Below, in pieces: positions 29,142-32,000 of a stretch of DNA of 32,000 nt; within the stretch, counting starts at the first letter, position 1; each line of letters starts with the position of its first letter. A program made the position numbers and the translations under genes. The notes under the pieces are model-generated. The model was not told where the DNA came from. It searched no databases and worked only from the letters and a program-made list of their open reading frames with translations. The stretch comes from Halogeometricum borinquense DSM 11551. Lineage in GTDB: Archaea; Halobacteriota; Halobacteria; Halobacteriales; Haloferacaceae. The stretch is from NCBI RefSeq assembly GCF_000172995.2, contig NC_014729.1, positions 1,260,001-1,292,000 on the forward strand, in the 5' to 3' direction.

Positions 29142-30860
29142 TGTTCCACGTATAAGGAGTCGGACGAACGTCGTTCCGACCCGAGCGGCGTGCCTGTCTA
29201 ACACCTTATCGAACGTCACCGCGCCTGCGACGCTGCCTTTCTCGACGAGTTCCAGACCCTCGTAGTATGAACCACATGCGTTGAGAACGAACGTTTGGGC
29301 GTTCGAGACTTCGAGATCAGTAATAGCGAGGCCACCATCGGGACAGCGAAGACCGGACTCATCGCAGTGGCCGATGTAGTGAACCAAGTCGTGGTGGGAC
29401 TCGAACACCGCGGCCAGTTCCGCGCGAGTGATTCGTTTTTTCACCGTCACATCAAGATCCAGTTCCGACGGGGCGGATTCGTAGATGCGCGCCGCGTCGG
29501 TGGACTCGTCTATCATCCGCCTGTCGTTGAGGACGGCGACGACGGAGAGTGACTGTGAGTTTGCGGGGTAGCGAGCACGGTGTTCGTACGCGCTGGAGAT
29601 TGATTTGAACACGTCGATGGGGACGCCGTCGGCCAACCAACCGTGGACGCGACCTGGCCCGAGAACGGGCTTGACCGGGGTCACGCCGGGAACAGTTTTA
29701 GTGGCCCTTGTGTTTCCGGCCGTCTCTTCGTCGGCTGCTGTGTTGTCAGCGCGGTAAAAATCGTCCAACGACCGAGAGAGGCGTTCGTCGGTTCCGAGCG
29801 GTTTCGCCTCGGGAAGAAAGATATTCGGCACGTTCTGTAGGAGGTACGGGAGCGTTCGGACCCGATCATACGACGGGGAGACATACATCGACAGATGCCA
29901 GTCCGGTAGTCGGTCCGATATCTCCGCGAACGGGGCGTCGAGATACGCCTCTAGCCGTTCATCGATGTCGGAGCGGGAGAGCGAGTCCGCATCGAGTCCC
30001 ACCTCGTCGAGTAACTCCATCTCCGCAACGTCGCGTCCGTTCGAGTCAGCGCCGCGAACGAGACAGTCGAGAAGAAACACGCGACGGAGCAAACTCGCAA
30101 CCGCCGACTGGTAGCGAGGGTTCGGCTCGAACTCGTGTTCGAGAGTCGCCGTCCGCAAGGTCGGAGACACGTCCGCGCCGTCGGCGACCCGAATCTCCGC
30201 ACCGAGGTAGTGAGCCAGCGAGGATGCCGGAACGAGATAGTCGAGACTCGGCGGGAGTTCGAAAACGACGGCTGAGTCGGGGTTCCGGGCGGCGACGCTA
30301 TCGGGAATCGTCGTTACGGAGCCGAACTCGATACGCGGTGGCGAAGCGCGCATCTCTGGGCGCGACCGGTCGGGCGTGGCGGTGAGGTGACCAGCGGACA
30401 TCACAGACAGCGCCGTAGCAACGCCCTCAGGTGTCTGTGAGACCGTGACTGTCTCCGGACGTTCCGAGCGGTCACCGACACCGACGGTAACGCGCCGGCA
30501 GTCGGAAAACGAGAGCAGGGGGTCGCCGCCAGCGCCAGTCATCGTCGCCTCGCCGTCGAAACGGATGAAGATAGTGACCGCGCCCTCGACGCAGAGCAGA
30601 TACGGAGCCGCCGGGAGTTGCACTGTTCCCTCCACGGGTGCGGCCAGCTTGCGCTCCGTTTCCGAGTCGAGTCGGCGGAGGCGAATCACCCCCGGGAGGA
30701 GCTTCAGTCCAGTCGTTACACCGCCGACTGAATCGACCGCCGCACGTGGAAGTTCGTGAGACGGGTCGTCCGCCGACCACCCGTCGGCGGTGACGACCGC
30801 GGTGGCTGTATCGGGTCCAACGGCTTGGACCCCTGTGTCTGTCACCGTCAGCGTAACCAT
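28890..30860 (-). CDS. large protein with C-terminal CHAT (caspase-like Cys protease) domain; the 3' end is questionable
   Basis: The ATG at 30860 gives MVTLTVTDTGV.... The C-terminal region HDLVHYIGHCDESGLRCPDGGLAITDL...AQTFVLNACGSYYEG carries a CHAT/caspase-type His...Cys dyad in its usual context. The last ~90 aa (TGAIPRPSGRGYAPSLWAPVYRSNGR...) are basic and overlap the structured non-coding segment, so the real C-terminus may lie near 29140. Confidence 0.65.
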   Translation of the reverse strand: MVTLTVTDTGVQAVGPDTATAVVTADGWSADDPSHELPRAAVDSVGGVTTGLKLLPGVIRLRRLDSETERKLAAPVEGTVQLPAAPYLLCVEGAVTIFIRFDGEATMTGAGGDPLLSFSDCRRVTVGVGDRSERPETVTVSQTPEGVATALSVMSAGHLTATPDRSRPEMRASPPRIEFGSVTTIPDSVAARNPDSAVVFELPPSLDYLVPASSLAHYLGAEIRVADGADVSPTLRTATLEHEFEPNPRYQSAVASLLRRVFLLDCLVRGADSNGRDVAEMELLDEVGLDADSLSRSDIDERLEAYLDAPFAEISDRLPDWHLSMYVSPSYDRVRTLPYLLQNVPNIFLPEAKPLGTDERLSRSLDDFYRADNTAADEETAGNTRATKTVPGVTPVKPVLGPGRVHGWLADGVPIDVFKSISSAYEHRARYPANSQSLSVVAVLNDRRMIDESTDAARIYESAPSELDLDVTVKKRITRAELAAVFESHHDLVHYIGHCDESGLRCPDGGLAITDLEVSNAQTFVLNACGSYYEGLELVEKGSVAGAVTFDKVLDRHAARVGTTFVRLLIRGTGAIPRPSGRGYAPSLWAPVYRSNGRSEFPTRTLIDRPPYRRVGIGRNGADSEPSYGGGLSAYLTRQYPKGQSVNAHARSVCLC

Positions 30861-31057
30861 CAGATACACCGGAAAACCGGGTTTGCCAGGCTTATGTCTG
30901 TTGCCGACGGGCAGGCGAGGAAGTCCTAAAATATTGTGCTACCCGTGCTGAATGTTATACCCTATTCACTCAAATTTGGGCACGTACTTGAATAATATTA
31001 CCTGCATCGACTGCCAAAGTGAACACACTTATTGGTAAGACGCACGCCGTGTGAGAT

Positions 31058-32000
31058 ATGGACTACAGCCACGTCCGCGGCGTCGACCCTGAAATCGCCG
31101 ACGCACTCGAAGGCGAGGAGGACCGACAGCGGAACACGCTGGCCATGATCGCCAGCGAGAACCATGTGAGTGAGGCGGTCTTGCAGGCGCAAGGGAGCGC
31201 TCTCACCAACAAATACGCCGAAGGGTACCCCGGTTCGCGCTACTATGCGGGCTGTGAGTACGCCGACGAGGTTGAGGAGCTCGCCATCGAGCGTGCGAAA
31301 GAACTCTGGGGCGCAGAACACGTCAACGTCCAACCGCACTCGGGCACGCAGGCGAACATGGGTGTCTACCTTGCCGTCCTCGACCCGGGCGATAAGATTC
31401 TCTCCTTGGAACTCAGCCACGGCGGCCACCTGAGTCACGGCCACCCGGCGAACTTCACGGGGCAGACGTACGAGGTCGAACAGTACCACGTGGACCCCGA
31501 CACGGGGTACATCGACTACGACGCACTCGCCGAACAGGCCGAGGAATTCGATCCCGATATCATCGTTTCAGGGTACTCTGCGTACCCGCGCGTCGTCGAA
31601 TGGGAACGCATCCAAGACGTTGCCGAGAGCGTGGACGCCTACCACCTCGCGGACATCGCACACATCACCGGTCTCGTCGCGGCGGGTGTCCACCCCTCCC
31701 CCGTCGGCATCGCCGACTTCGTCACCGGTTCGACGCACAAGACCATCCGCGCGGGCCGCGGCGGCATCATCATGACGACCGAAGAACACGCCGACGACGT
31801 GGACAAAGCAATCTTCCCCGGTGCGCAGGGCGGGCCTCTTATGCACAACGTCGCCGGGAAGGCAGTCGGCTTCAAGGAAGCGCTCGAACCCGAGTTCGAA
31901 GAGTACGCCGAGCGAACCGTCGCTAACGCGAAGACGCTGGCCGAGACGTTCGAAGAAGCGGGAATCGAAGTCGTCTCCGGCGGTACCGACAACCACCTCG
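31058..32000 (+). CDS. glyA: serine hydroxymethyltransferase (partial, 3' end beyond the window)
   Basis: Absent from the track (no stop in the window). The ATG at 31058 gives [68 protein letters not shown]...[14 protein letters not shown]...HLSHG...[17 protein letters not shown] (PLP-Lys motif). Confidence 0.95.
   Translation, partial: MDYSHVRGVDPEIADALEGEEDRQRNTLAMIASENHVSEAVLQAQGSALTNKYAEGYPGSRYYAGCEYADEVEELAIERAKELWGAEHVNVQPHSGTQANMGVYLAVLDPGDKILSLELSHGGHLSHGHPANFTGQTYEVEQYHVDPDTGYIDYDALAEQAEEFDPDIIVSGYSAYPRVVEWERIQDVAESVDAYHLADIAHITGLVAAGVHPSPVGIADFVTGSTHKTIRAGRGGIIMTTEEHADDVDKAIFPGAQGGPLMHNVAGKAVGFKEALEPEFEEYAERTVANAKTLAETFEEAGIEVVSGGTDNHL

Noticed and set aside
28670-29188. 9-nt direct repeat cccgagcgg (28670-28678 and 29180-29188) as a target-site duplication of a 510-bp insertion
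   Set aside because: Removing the interval destroys the well-conserved CHAT C-terminal helix (DRHAARVGTTFVRLLIRG) and yields an implausible tail. A single 9-mer match in GC-rich DNA may be chance.

Overview
The window looks like a haloarchaeal (Halobacteria-type) chromosomal segment: GC-rich, very acidic predicted proteins, a Tat-type signal peptide, short leaderless-style intergenic gaps and typical haloarchaeal gene families. Positions 1-6180 look like the right-hand part of an integrated element. It carries a tyrosine integrase, a translationally coupled CARF-like + PIN-like gene pair (the PIN-like ORF is missing from the ORF track because it runs off the left edge), an AT-richer DUF4238 gene and an archaeal ATPase with a C-terminal PD-(D/E)xK-like domain. 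It ends in a tRNA-Glu(UUC) 3' fragment whose 3' end is duplicated 122 bp downstream. The rest is mostly core genome: a Tat-secreted serine hydrolase, two paralogous membrane-anchored wHTH proteins flanking a DsbB-like gene, and a tightly overlapped prkA-prkA2-yeaH(DUF444)-spoVR operon. Further right are UPF0179, an AstE/AspA-family hydrolase, DUF309, tRNA-Leu(CAA), an IMPase-family gene, an Lrp/AsnC regulator, a DUF63-like membrane protein, an orphan YcaO protein, a TbsP-like regulator, a CHAT (caspase-like) protein and the 5' part of glyA (also absent from the track). Two non-coding stretches (about 22266-22524 and 28598-29141) are dense in nested helices and are candidate structured RNAs of unresolved identity. 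A conserved hairpin element follows both tRNA 3' ends. All functional calls rest on motifs read by eye, with no database searches.
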